A stretch of DNA of 64,000 nucleotides from an uncultured Bryobacter sp. (GTDB lineage Bacteria > Acidobacteriota > Terriglobia > Bryobacterales > Bryobacteraceae), in the NCBI GenBank assembly GCA_964494515.1, contig CAZBTA010000001.1, forward strand, positions 14,408-78,407, in the 5' to 3' direction. This document shows positions 1 to 8,229 of the stretch, one piece after another. The position numbers were made by a program, and so were the translations under genes. The notes beneath the pieces are model-generated. The model saw only the letters and a program-made list of their open reading frames with translations. It did no database searches and was not told the DNA's origin. The stretch's first letter is position 1; every line of letters starts with the position of its first letter.

Positions 1-1376
1 TCGTCGAACAGCATGCCCCAATTGACGCGGCTCAGGAAGTTGCCCGAGACGATGTTGTTGTAGCGATTGCCACGGTTCTCAACGCGATCGTTCTGCCGCA
101 TGTTGAAGAAGAACTTGTGGCGGTCCGAAACGTTGTAGTCGATGCGGCCGACGTAGCTGGAGAAGTTGTCGCTGCGAACGGCGTTATCAAAGCGGTTGTT
201 TTGTCCGATTGCCGAACCGGTGGCGTTCGGCGCCGGCAGGTAGTTGAGGATCGAGGTCGCAATCGGGCTGATGCGATTGCTCGGGATGATGTTGTTCGGG
301 AAGGGCTGGCGAGTGATGATGCCGTTGTTCAGCACGCCGGTCGAAGGGTCGTAAATTGTGACGCCCTGCGACGTGAGTGCGCTGAAATCACCCCTGCGCT
401 GGGCTTCCGACGGAATCGTCGAGAACGTCGGCTCGGGCTCACTCTGCTTGATGCCTTCGTAGGTGAAGAAGAAAAACAGCTTGTTCTTGCCGTTGATTAG
501 CTTCGGGATCCATACCGGACCGCCGAGCGAGCCACCGTACTGGTTGAAGCGCGTCACGGGCTTGAGCTGGCCGGCTGCATTCGTGAAGAACGGAGTCGCC
601 TTAAGCGCAGAATTCTGATGGAACTCGTAAAGGCTGCCGTGGAACTCATTGGTGCCGCCCTTCATGACGACGTTCACCGTGCCACCGCTCGTGTTGCCAT
701 AAGCCGCATCGGGCTGGAAGGCTTCGACCTTCACTTCCGCAACGGAATCCACCGGCGGGTTGTAGGCTACGCGACGATTGCGCGTCATGTCCGGCGCGCC
801 GTCAAGCAGCAGTTCATTGCTCTGCGACTGGCCGCCACCCATCGAGAAACCGGCGGGGCCGCCATTGTCGAAGGGCCGCGTGAAACGCGGGTCGCTGGCC
901 GGGGTAACGCCATAGGCAAGCTGGGCAAGCGTAAGCGCCGTTCGGCCGTTCATCGGCATGTTTTCGATCTGCGAAGAAGAGATCACCTGCCCGACGCTGG
1001 CCGTTGCGGTTGAAAGCAGGGCAACGTCGGCGGTCACCGTTACGCTTTCGGCCTGGCTGCCGACTTGCAGCACAACGTCCTGCGAAACGCGCACGTTGGT
1101 GCCGATGGTGATCCCGCTTTGCGTGTACTTCTTAAATCCCGCGGCCTCAACTGAAAGCTGATAGCCGCCGGGGGCGAGAAAGGGCAAGGTGTACTCGCCA
1201 GCAGCGCTGGTTTTGACCTCAGACTTGGCATTGGTGTTGGTTTCTGTGGCGATTACCGTTGCGCCGACAATCGCGGCGCCGGATGGGTCGGTGACACGAC
1301 CCGAAAGTGTGGAGCGAAACTCTTGCGCGTACATCAGGGCGCAGAGGGACAGAAGAGACAAAGCTCTGAGCAACAT
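1..1376 (-). CDS. TonB-dependent receptor-like outer-membrane protein with N-terminal carboxypeptidase-regulatory-like domain (3' end runs off the window)
   Basis: Absent from the ORF track because it is open to the window edge. The reverse-strand ATG at 1376-1374 gives MLLRALSLLSLCALMYAQEFRSTLSGRVTDPSGAAIVGATVIATETNTNAKSEVKTSAAGEYTLPFLAPGGYQLSVEAAGFKKYTQSGITIG..., which is a signal peptide followed by a CarboxypepD_reg-type domain. The frame stays open to position 3 (...NNIVSGNFLSRVNWGMLFD). Confidence 0.8.
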   Translation of the reverse strand, partial: MLLRALSLLSLCALMYAQEFRSTLSGRVTDPSGAAIVGATVIATETNTNAKSEVKTSAAGEYTLPFLAPGGYQLSVEAAGFKKYTQSGITIGTNVRVSQDVVLQVGSQAESVTVTADVALLSTATASVGQVISSSQIENMPMNGRTALTLAQLAYGVTPASDPRFTRPFDNGGPAGFSMGGGQSQSNELLLDGAPDMTRNRRVAYNPPVDSVAEVKVEAFQPDAAYGNTSGGTVNVVMKGGTNEFHGSLYEFHQNSALKATPFFTNAAGQLKPVTRFNQYGGSLGGPVWIPKLINGKNKLFFFFTYEGIKQSEPEPTFSTIPSEAQRRGDFSALTSQGVTIYDPSTGVLNNGIITRQPFPNNIIPSNRISPIATSILNYLPAPNATGSAIGQNNRFDNAVRSDNFSSYVGRIDYNVSDRHKFFFNMRQNDRVENRGNRYNNIVSGNFLSRVNWGMLFD

Positions 1377-1600
1377 AGCAGCGCAATTTTATAAGGGAGA
1401 GGAGTGTAATTGTGTAAAGATTCGTTTAACTACAAGATGTTGTGTGAATAAACTTTTGGACCGCAAGATGCAGGATCACGCTTTACTTGGCTCAACTCCT
1501 GTGCCAACATGGTTTCACTCCCCCCCGAGTGCCGACTGCCTTTCCCTGTGCGGGAATGTTCGCGGTCAGGTGAAGTTCTATTCTGCGAGGGGAAACTCCA

Positions 1601-4600
1601 TTGCTCAAACTGAAACGCTTGGAATTGCAGGGCTTTAAGTCGTTCTGCGATCGCACTGAAATGCGCTTTCATGGCGAAGGCGTGGCGGCCATTGTGGGCC
1701 CGAACGGTTGCGGCAAGTCGAATCTGAGCGACGCCATTAGTTGGGTGCTCGGTGAACAATCCGCCAAGAGTTTGCGCGGCGGCAGAATGGAAGACGTGAT
1801 CTTTGCCGGTACCAAAGATCGCAAGCCGCTCGGCATGGCGAGCGTGACGATGACCCTTGTCGACAACGATGGGTCCTACCTCGAAAGAGTGCTGCCGTCC
1901 GAGCGCACCGACGAAACGCCGGAAGGCGAAGAGCCCAAGCCCAAGGGCCCGCGCGAGATCACGATCACGCGCCGCCTGTATCGCTCTGGCGATAGCGAAT
2001 ATCTGATCGATGGCAAGCTCGCGCGCCTGCGCGACATCCAGGATGTCTTCATGGGCTCGGGCCTTGGTCCGGAGAGCTACGCGATTATTGAGCAGGGCCG
2101 CATTGGTCAGATCCTTTCGAATAAACCGATGGATCGGCGCTCCATCATCGAAGAAGCTGCTGGTGTTACGAAGTTCAAAACACGCCGTCGTCTGGCCGAG
2201 AGCCGCCTTGAGAGCGCCCGCCAGAATCTGAATCGCGTTTTTGACATCCTCGAAGAAGTGGGCCGTCAGGTCGGCAGCCTCAAGCGCCAAGCCGCCAAGG
2301 CCAAGCGTTACGAAGAGCTCAAGACCGAGCTCGACGCGCACATCAAACTTGTTCTTTCCAACCGCTTCCGCGTGCTTGAGCGCGAAGCCGCCAAGGTGGC
2401 GCTCGAACTGGGCGAAGCCACCACGGCATACAACGAATTGGCCGCCTCCCTCGCAACGCAGGACGAGGCTCAACAGAAAATGCAGGCGCGATTCTACGAG
2501 ATCGAGTCGGCGCTGACCGCAGCCCGCAAGGCGCTGGGTGAGCTCGAACTCGAAGCCGAGCGCACCCGCGGCAAGCTGTCGAGCCAGTCCCAGCAAATCG
2601 CCAATATCGACCAGCGCCTCGCCACGGGCGAAGCCGAAGTAGCCAACCTCGAAACGCGCCTCACCGAGATCCGCGGCGAGATGGAAACCGCGCAGAAAGA
2701 AGCCGCCGAACTCAACGAGCAGGCCGTCTCGCTGCGTGCCCAGGTGGAAGAGAAGACCAAGCAGCGCGACGCGCTCTCACAGCAGTTGCGCGAGCGCACC
2801 AGCCAGCTCGAGCGCAATCGCCAGCAGATCTTTACGTTGCTCGGCGAAGCCAACCGTCTGCGCAACCAGTTGACGCAGGTGGAGACGCAGCAGCAGGGCG
2901 TGGCCAAGAACATCGAACGCGCCACCAGAGAAGAAACCGAAGCGCAGGCCGAGACCGAGCGCCTCGAAAAGGTGCGTGCCGAGTTGAGCGAAAAGCTCTC
3001 GGCCCGCCAGATGACGCTCGAGACGATTGCCGATCGCCGCAAGTATGTGGAATCGGAATTGAACACCCGTCGCCAGCAGGTAAACGAGACCCGTCGCCAG
3101 CAGGACGTACTCCGCACGGAAACCTCACGCCTCAAGGCCCGTCGTGATTCGCTCGAAGACATCATCAACCACCGCAGCTACACGACCGATTCGGTGAAGC
3201 GTCTGTTCACCGCCATCGACAAGGGCAGCGCCAGCATCAAGCCGATGGGTGTGCTGGCCGACTTCATCGAAGTCGATGCGGCGTATGAAAAAGCCACCGA
3301 AGAGTTTCTTATCGAAGAGCTCGAATACGTGGTGGTGAAGGCCTGGGACGATGCGCAAACTGGTATCCGGCTGATGAAGCAGGATCTCGAAGGTCGGGCC
3401 ACTTTCCTCGTCCATCCCGATCCCGATTCCAGTTTTGCCCGTGGCCGTGTTGAGGAGCCACCAGTAGGTCCGGAGACTGGAATCGTGGGTCGGCTGAGCG
3501 ACGTGCTCAAAGTGACCAACGGCTTCAGCTATGCCCCGGCCGAGGTGTTGCCGCGCATCACGCGTTGCTTCCTTGCCGAGAATCATGAAGCCGCGCAACG
3601 GCTGGCGCTGCAATATCCCGACGTGTACTTCCTGTTGCCCGACGGCGTTTGCTACCACGGCTATGCCGTGACCGGCGGCAAGAAGAGCTCGTCGGGGCCG
3701 CTCGCTCTGAAGCGCGAGCTCAAGGAACTCAACACCCAGCACCAGCAGAAGCAGCTTGAACTCGAGCAATCGAACACGCGCCTGCAGCAGCTCGAAGCAG
3801 AACAGGCCGCCCTCGCGGCCGACCTCGAAAAGCTGCGTCAGGAACAGCAGCAGGAAGAAAAGAGCGCTCTTGTGCTCGACCAGGAGCAGCGTCAGCTGGC
3901 CAACGACATGCAGCGTGCCGCGCGGTTCCTGTCGAACGCGCGCGTGGAACTGGACCGTCTTGCCGGTGAAGGCAAGCGCCTCGCGGAACTGCGGGAAAGC
4001 CTCGAGAAGGGCAGCACCGAGAAGGACGCCGCCCGGGCCGCGCTTGAAGCTGCTCTGGAAACCGAACGTGGCGCTCTCGAACAACTGCAGCAGCAGTACA
4101 ACAGCGCCAACGAGGAGCATTCGTCACTGCGCGCTTCTCTCGCCAGCAGCGAAGAACGCCTGCGCAATGCCAACGGCACCGTACAGCGCTTGAACAACAC
4201 GCTCAACGAGCAGGGCCGCCGCAAGGAATTCCTCGCGGGCGAAATCGAACGTCTCGGCGTACAGCGCGCCCAGTTGCTCAATGACAACATCGAGCTCGAC
4301 CAGCGCGCCACCGATCTCGCCACGCAGATCGAATCCGCCAAAGAAGGCGTTGCCGCTCTCGCCAAAGACGAAGCCGAGGTCAAGGGCCAGCTCGCCGCCA
4401 ACGAAGAAGACTTGCGCACGATGCGCCAGAATGTCGCCGGCGTCTCCGAGAAGCGCCAGCACGCTGAAGTCGACCTCGTTCGCAAGCAGAGCGACATTCG
4501 TCACCTCGAAGAAACCTGCCAGAAGGAGCTTGGCATTGCTGTTGCTGAACTCGCCGCGCAGGAAGAAACCGTGCTCGACGAGATGCAACTGGCCGACGCC

Positions 4601-5299
4601 GAAGAGAAGTACACCGAAGTGCGCCGCAAGATCGAGGCCCTTGGGCCTGTCAATCCCGACGCGCTGCAGGAATACGAAGAGTCGCAGCAGCGCTACGACT
4701 TCCTCAATACCCAGCGTCAGGACCTGCTCGACTCGATCCGCGACACCGAAAAGGCCATTCAGGAAATCGACGTCGAATCGAAGAAGCGCTTCCAGGAAGC
4801 CTTCGACAAGATCAACGAGTACTTCCGTGGCATGTATCAGATTCTGTTCAACGGCGGCTCGGGCGAAATGCGCCTGACTGACCCGACGAACGTCAATGAG
4901 AGCGGCATCGACATCGTTGCCTCGCCCCCCGGCAAGCGCCTCCAGAACGTGCTGCTGCTGAGCGGTGGTGAGCGGGCGATGACGGCCATGGCGCTGCTCA
5001 TGGCGATCTTCAAGTATCAGCCCAGCCCGTTCTGCGTTCTCGACGAAGTCGATGCGCCGCTCGATGAGGCCAACATTATTCGTCTGACCAAGCTGGTGAA
5101 AGAGATGTCTGACAACACGCAGTTCATCTTCATCACGCACGCCAAACGCACGATGGAAGCATCGAGCACGATGTATGGCGTCACGATGCAGGAGGCGGGG
5201 GTCTCCAAGCTGGTTAGCGTCAAGTTCAACGCGGGTGAAAAAGACAAGCCCGTCGTTCCCGTTCCACCCCCCAGCCAAGATATGGCCGTCACAGCGTAA
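1601..5299 (+). CDS. smc: Chromosome segregation protein SMC
   Basis: 1232 aa. N-terminus is MLKLKRLELQGFKSFCDRTEMRFHGEGVAAIVGPNGCGKSNLSDAISWVLGEQSAKSLRG (Walker A). Long coiled-coil middle. C-terminal LLSGGERAMTAMALLMAIF signature and FCVLDEVDAPLD Walker B. TTG start with GAGGGG about 9 nt upstream. Confidence 0.97.
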   Translation: MLKLKRLELQGFKSFCDRTEMRFHGEGVAAIVGPNGCGKSNLSDAISWVLGEQSAKSLRGGRMEDVIFAGTKDRKPLGMASVTMTLVDNDGSYLERVLPSERTDETPEGEEPKPKGPREITITRRLYRSGDSEYLIDGKLARLRDIQDVFMGSGLGPESYAIIEQGRIGQILSNKPMDRRSIIEEAAGVTKFKTRRRLAESRLESARQNLNRVFDILEEVGRQVGSLKRQAAKAKRYEELKTELDAHIKLVLSNRFRVLEREAAKVALELGEATTAYNELAASLATQDEAQQKMQARFYEIESALTAARKALGELELEAERTRGKLSSQSQQIANIDQRLATGEAEVANLETRLTEIRGEMETAQKEAAELNEQAVSLRAQVEEKTKQRDALSQQLRERTSQLERNRQQIFTLLGEANRLRNQLTQVETQQQGVAKNIERATREETEAQAETERLEKVRAELSEKLSARQMTLETIADRRKYVESELNTRRQQVNETRRQQDVLRTETSRLKARRDSLEDIINHRSYTTDSVKRLFTAIDKGSASIKPMGVLADFIEVDAAYEKATEEFLIEELEYVVVKAWDDAQTGIRLMKQDLEGRATFLVHPDPDSSFARGRVEEPPVGPETGIVGRLSDVLKVTNGFSYAPAEVLPRITRCFLAENHEAAQRLALQYPDVYFLLPDGVCYHGYAVTGGKKSSSGPLALKRELKELNTQHQQKQLELEQSNTRLQQLEAEQAALAADLEKLRQEQQQEEKSALVLDQEQRQLANDMQRAARFLSNARVELDRLAGEGKRLAELRESLEKGSTEKDAARAALEAALETERGALEQLQQQYNSANEEHSSLRASLASSEERLRNANGTVQRLNNTLNEQGRRKEFLAGEIERLGVQRAQLLNDNIELDQRATDLATQIESAKEGVAALAKDEAEVKGQLAANEEDLRTMRQNVAGVSEKRQHAEVDLVRKQSDIRHLEETCQKELGIAVAELAAQEETVLDEMQLADAEEKYTEVRRKIEALGPVNPDALQEYEESQQRYDFLNTQRQDLLDSIRDTEKAIQEIDVESKKRFQEAFDKINEYFRGMYQILFNGGSGEMRLTDPTNVNESGIDIVASPPGKRLQNVLLLSGGERAMTAMALLMAIFKYQPSPFCVLDEVDAPLDEANIIRLTKLVKEMSDNTQFIFITHAKRTMEASSTMYGVTMQEAGVSKLVSVKFNAGEKDKPVVPVPPPSQDMAVTA

Positions 5300-5407
5300 T
5301 TGTTTGCCATAACAACTTTGCACGCGTGACGAAGAGCGCTCTCGCGCACGTGCACAGCAATTCACGCTGTGACGCCATTCCTGGCTCACAAGTTCTTTTA
5401 CCGACTG

Positions 5408-5447
5408 GGAGGTCTGTCGCGCAAGCGGTCAGGTCTCCCCTTTTTTA
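5408..5447 (+). terminator. Probable intrinsic terminator downstream of smc
   Basis: Imperfect hairpin GGGAGGTCTGTCGC...GCGGTCAGGTCTCCC followed by CTTTTTTATT. Confidence 0.45.
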
Positions 5448-5483
5448 TTGCTTCCGCTGGCCGCCGGGCGGCATCCCTGAAAT

Positions 5484-6998
5484 GTGAATCTGGTGGTGAT
5501 ACTCGGCGATCAACTGGACGCCGGGAGCGCGGCTTTTGATGGATTTGACCCGCGGCAAGACCGCGTCTGGATGGCCGAAGTGGCCGCCGAGAGCGAGTAC
5601 GTGTGGTCGCACAAGGCGCGCATCACCATCTTTTTGGCTGCGATGCGCCACTTTCGCGATGCCTTGCGGGACCGCGGCTTTACGGTGGATTACCACGCGC
5701 TTGAAGACAACCCGGCAGATGCCACCATCGCCTCGCTGCTCAAGCGCAGCATGACAAAGCTCAAGCCCGAGCGCGTGATCGTCGTCGAGCCTGGCGAGTA
5801 TCGACTGCGCGAAGACCTGTTGGCTCTGGGGCCGAAGATTGAGATCCGCGCCGACCGCCACTTCATGAGCTCTGTCGATGACTTTCGCGAGCATGCGCGC
5901 GGTCGCAAGCAGTTGCGCATGGAGTATTTCTACCGTGAGATGCGCCGGCGGTATGGTTACCTGATGGACAAGGGTGAGCCGGCGGGTGGGGCATGGAATT
6001 TTGACTCGGAGAATCGCGGCAGCTTTCCGAAGTCGGGGCCGGGCCTGCTGCCCGCGCCGCTTGAGTTCAAGCCTGACGCCATCACGCGTGAGGTGATCGC
6101 GCTTGTCGAAAAGCGCTTCGCCAGCCACCCGGGCAACCTCAAGTCTTTCTCCTGGCCGCTAACCGCTGCCGAGGCCCGCGCGGCGCTCCATGACTTTATC
6201 GAGAACCGTCTGCCTTACTTCGGGCTGTATCAGGATGCCATGTGGACCGGTGAGCCGTGGCTTTACCACTCGCGCATCTCCGCGGCATTGAATCTGAAGC
6301 TGCTCGACCCACGAGAGGCCTGTGTCGCCGCCCAGGACGCCTGGGAGCGTGGGAAGGCCCCGCTCGAAGCCGTTGAGGGTTTTATCCGCCAGATCCTTGG
6401 CTGGCGCGAATACGTTCGTGGCATCTACTGGCTGCATATGCCGGAGTATCTCGAAAAGAACGCGCTCGAGGCGACGCAGCCACTGCCGGCGTTTTTCTGG
6501 GATGGCAATACCGAGATGGAATGCCTGCGCCAGGCGATTGGCCAAACTCTGGAGCATGGCTACGCGCATCACATCCAGCGGCTTATGGTGACGGGGCTTT
6601 TCACGCTGCTGCTGGGCGTCGATCCGCGGCGGGTGCACGAGTGGTATCTCGCTGTTTATGTAGATGCCGTGGAATGGGTGGAGTTGCCCAACACGCTCGG
6701 CATGAGCCAGTTTGGCGACGGGGGCATCATGGCCTCCAAGCCTTATGCGGCGAGCGGCAAGTACATCCAGCGCATGTCCAACTATTGCGGGCATTGCCAG
6801 TACGATCCTGCCGAGAGCGTGGGCGAAAAGGCATGCCCGTTCACCACGCTTTATTGGGACTTTCTGATGCGGCATGAGCAGCGGCTGGGCAAAGTGGGGC
6901 GCATGGACATGCAGTTGCGCAACCTCGTCCGCATCGCCCCGGCCAAGAAGGCCGCCATCAGCCAACAGGCAGATCAGATCAGGGAACGATATCAATGA
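5484..6998 (+). CDS. Cryptochrome/photolyase-family protein of the FeS-BCP (CryB/PhrB, COG3046-like) type
   Basis: 504 aa. N-terminus MNLVVILGDQLD...SHKARITIFLAAMRHF is typical of the deoxyribodipyrimidine photolyase-related family. The C-terminal cysteine set (MECLRQA ... YCGHCQYDPAESVGEKACPF) matches the 4Fe-4S ligand pattern of FeS-BCPs. Confidence 0.8.
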   Translation: MNLVVILGDQLDAGSAAFDGFDPRQDRVWMAEVAAESEYVWSHKARITIFLAAMRHFRDALRDRGFTVDYHALEDNPADATIASLLKRSMTKLKPERVIVVEPGEYRLREDLLALGPKIEIRADRHFMSSVDDFREHARGRKQLRMEYFYREMRRRYGYLMDKGEPAGGAWNFDSENRGSFPKSGPGLLPAPLEFKPDAITREVIALVEKRFASHPGNLKSFSWPLTAAEARAALHDFIENRLPYFGLYQDAMWTGEPWLYHSRISAALNLKLLDPREACVAAQDAWERGKAPLEAVEGFIRQILGWREYVRGIYWLHMPEYLEKNALEATQPLPAFFWDGNTEMECLRQAIGQTLEHGYAHHIQRLMVTGLFTLLLGVDPRRVHEWYLAVYVDAVEWVELPNTLGMSQFGDGGIMASKPYAASGKYIQRMSNYCGHCQYDPAESVGEKACPFTTLYWDFLMRHEQRLGKVGRMDMQLRNLVRIAPAKKAAISQQADQIRERYQ

Positions 6999-7705
6999 AA
7001 ACAGTAATCGGAGCCGCTTACGGCGGCGTAGGGTCAGCGCTGGCGCGGCAGTTGGCGGCGGCTGGACATGAGCTGCTGCTGCTGGGGCGCAATGGTGACA
7101 AGCTTGCCGCGCTGTGCGGCGAGATCGGGGGGCAGTATGTGCCGCTCGATCTGACCAACCTCGAAGCGGTTGAAGCCGCGGTGGGTTCGTTTGGTCCTGT
7201 CGATGCGGTGGTCAATTGCGCCGGCAGCATTCTGCTCAAGCCCGCTCACCTGACAAGCGAGGCGGAGTTCCAGCAGACGATTGACACCAACCTGAAGACG
7301 GCCTTTGTCTGCTTGCGGGCGGCCGCGCGCAACATGCCGCAGGGGGGCTCGGTGGTGTTGGTCTCAACGGCGGCGGCACGAATCGGCTATGCCAATCATG
7401 AAGCCATTGCCGCGGCCAAGGCTGGCGTTACCGGTATGGCGCTGGCGGCGGCGGCCACCTATGCGCCGCGCAATATTCGCGTCAATGTAGTGGCCCCCGG
7501 CCTCGTCGACACGCCCCTCGCGAGCCGCATCACCAGCAACGAGATGGCCCTCAAGGCGTCCACCGCGATGCACGCCCTTGGTCGCATTGGCAAGCCCGAA
7601 GACGTTGCCCGGATGATCGCCTTCCTCGTCGACCCGGCCAATGCCTGGGTGACCGGGCAGCTGTTTGGCGTCGATGGTGGCCTCGGCACACTTCGGGCAA
7701 AATAA
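6995..7705 (+). CDS. SDR-family oxidoreductase
   Basis: 236 aa. Short-chain dehydrogenase features are present (NCAGS, Y-x3-K as YANHEAIAAAKAG, PGLVDTPL). The ATG overlaps the photolyase stop (ATGA). Confidence 0.8.
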   Translation: MKTVIGAAYGGVGSALARQLAAAGHELLLLGRNGDKLAALCGEIGGQYVPLDLTNLEAVEAAVGSFGPVDAVVNCAGSILLKPAHLTSEAEFQQTIDTNLKTAFVCLRAAARNMPQGGSVVLVSTAAARIGYANHEAIAAAKAGVTGMALAAAATYAPRNIRVNVVAPGLVDTPLASRITSNEMALKASTAMHALGRIGKPEDVARMIAFLVDPANAWVTGQLFGVDGGLGTLRAK

Positions 7706-7709
7706 TCTC

Positions 7710-7741
7710 TTGACTCCGTACCTTGATACGGCCCGGAGAAT
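7710..7741 (+). promoter_or_regulatory. mer-type operator/promoter (TTGACT -35 fused to a 7-4-7 dyad)
   Basis: The sequence is TTGACTCCGTACCTTGATACGGCCCGGAGAAT. The -35 hexamer TTGACT (7710-7715) runs directly into the dyad TCCGTAC-CTTG-ATACGGC (7715-7732). From memory, Tn501/Tn21 merOP reads TTGACTCCGTACATGAGTACGGAAGTAAGGT, so the first 12 nt are identical and the 7-4-7 geometry is the same. A 19-20 bp spacer would put the -10 at GGAGAA/GAGAAT (7735-7741). Confidence 0.55.
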
Positions 7742-7747
7742 TAAGGC

Positions 7748-7837
7748 ATGAAGACCAAAACCTGTTCCTGCTGCGGATCCTGCCCCTGCGGTGATCCGAA
7801 CTGTGCCTGCGATTGTTGCAAGACAATCAAGGTATGA
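7748..7837 (+). CDS. 29-aa cysteine-rich (9 Cys) metallothionein-like peptide
   Basis: Too short for the ORF track. The sequence atg aag acc aaa acc tgt tcc tgc tgc gga tcc tgc ccc tgc ggt gat ccg aac tgt gcc tgc gat tgt tgc aag aca atc aag gta tga encodes MKTKTCSCCGSCPCGDPNCACDCCKTIKV. GGAGAA lies 7 nt upstream. The stop TGA overlaps the ATG of merR (gtATGAcc). Confidence 0.55.
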   Translation: MKTKTCSCCGSCPCGDPNCACDCCKTIKV

Positions 7838-8229
7838 CCATTGCTGAAGCCGCGCGACGAGCCGGAGTGGGCGTAGAGACGATTCGTTACTACGAACGTG
7901 AAGGCCTCGTCGCGCAGCCAGCCAAGCCAAAGAACGGTTACCGGCAGTACAGCGAGAAGCACGTCGAACGCATTCGCTTTCTGAAGCAATGTCAGCAGTT
8001 TGGCTTTACTCTCGCCGAAGGCGCGCAACTGGCGGAATCCCTCGAGGTGGGCTCAACAAATTGCGCCACTACCTGTGAGCTTGCCGAGCGCAAGCTGGTT
8101 GAGCTGCGTCGCAAGATTGCCGAGTATCAGGCGCTCGCCGCACGCATGGAAGCTCTGCTGAGCGAACCCTGTCGCGGCAAGCGTGGCGAAGAGTGCACTG
8201 TCGTGAGCGCGATTCGCGAAGGCGCCTAA
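7834..8229 (+). CDS. merR: MerR-family heavy-metal (Hg-type) responsive transcriptional regulator
   Basis: MTIAEAARRAGVGVETIRYYEREGLV is an N-terminal MerR helix-turn-helix. The Cys pattern TNCATTC ... RMEALLSEPCRGKRGEECTVV lines up with Tn501 MerR C82/C117/C126 (recalled as [24 protein letters not shown]). I prefer the 7834 start over the track start at 7813 because the HTH should sit at the N-terminus. Confidence 0.8.
   Translation: MTIAEAARRAGVGVETIRYYEREGLVAQPAKPKNGYRQYSEKHVERIRFLKQCQQFGFTLAEGAQLAESLEVGSTNCATTCELAERKLVELRRKIAEYQALAARMEALLSEPCRGKRGEECTVVSAIREGA

Noticed and set aside
1430-5389. Minus-strand ORFs 1430-2596, 2494-3168, 3125-4120, 3892-4497 and 4124-5389, plus several + ORFs in other frames
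   Set aside because: All lie inside smc. The repetitive coiled-coil codons keep alternative frames open.
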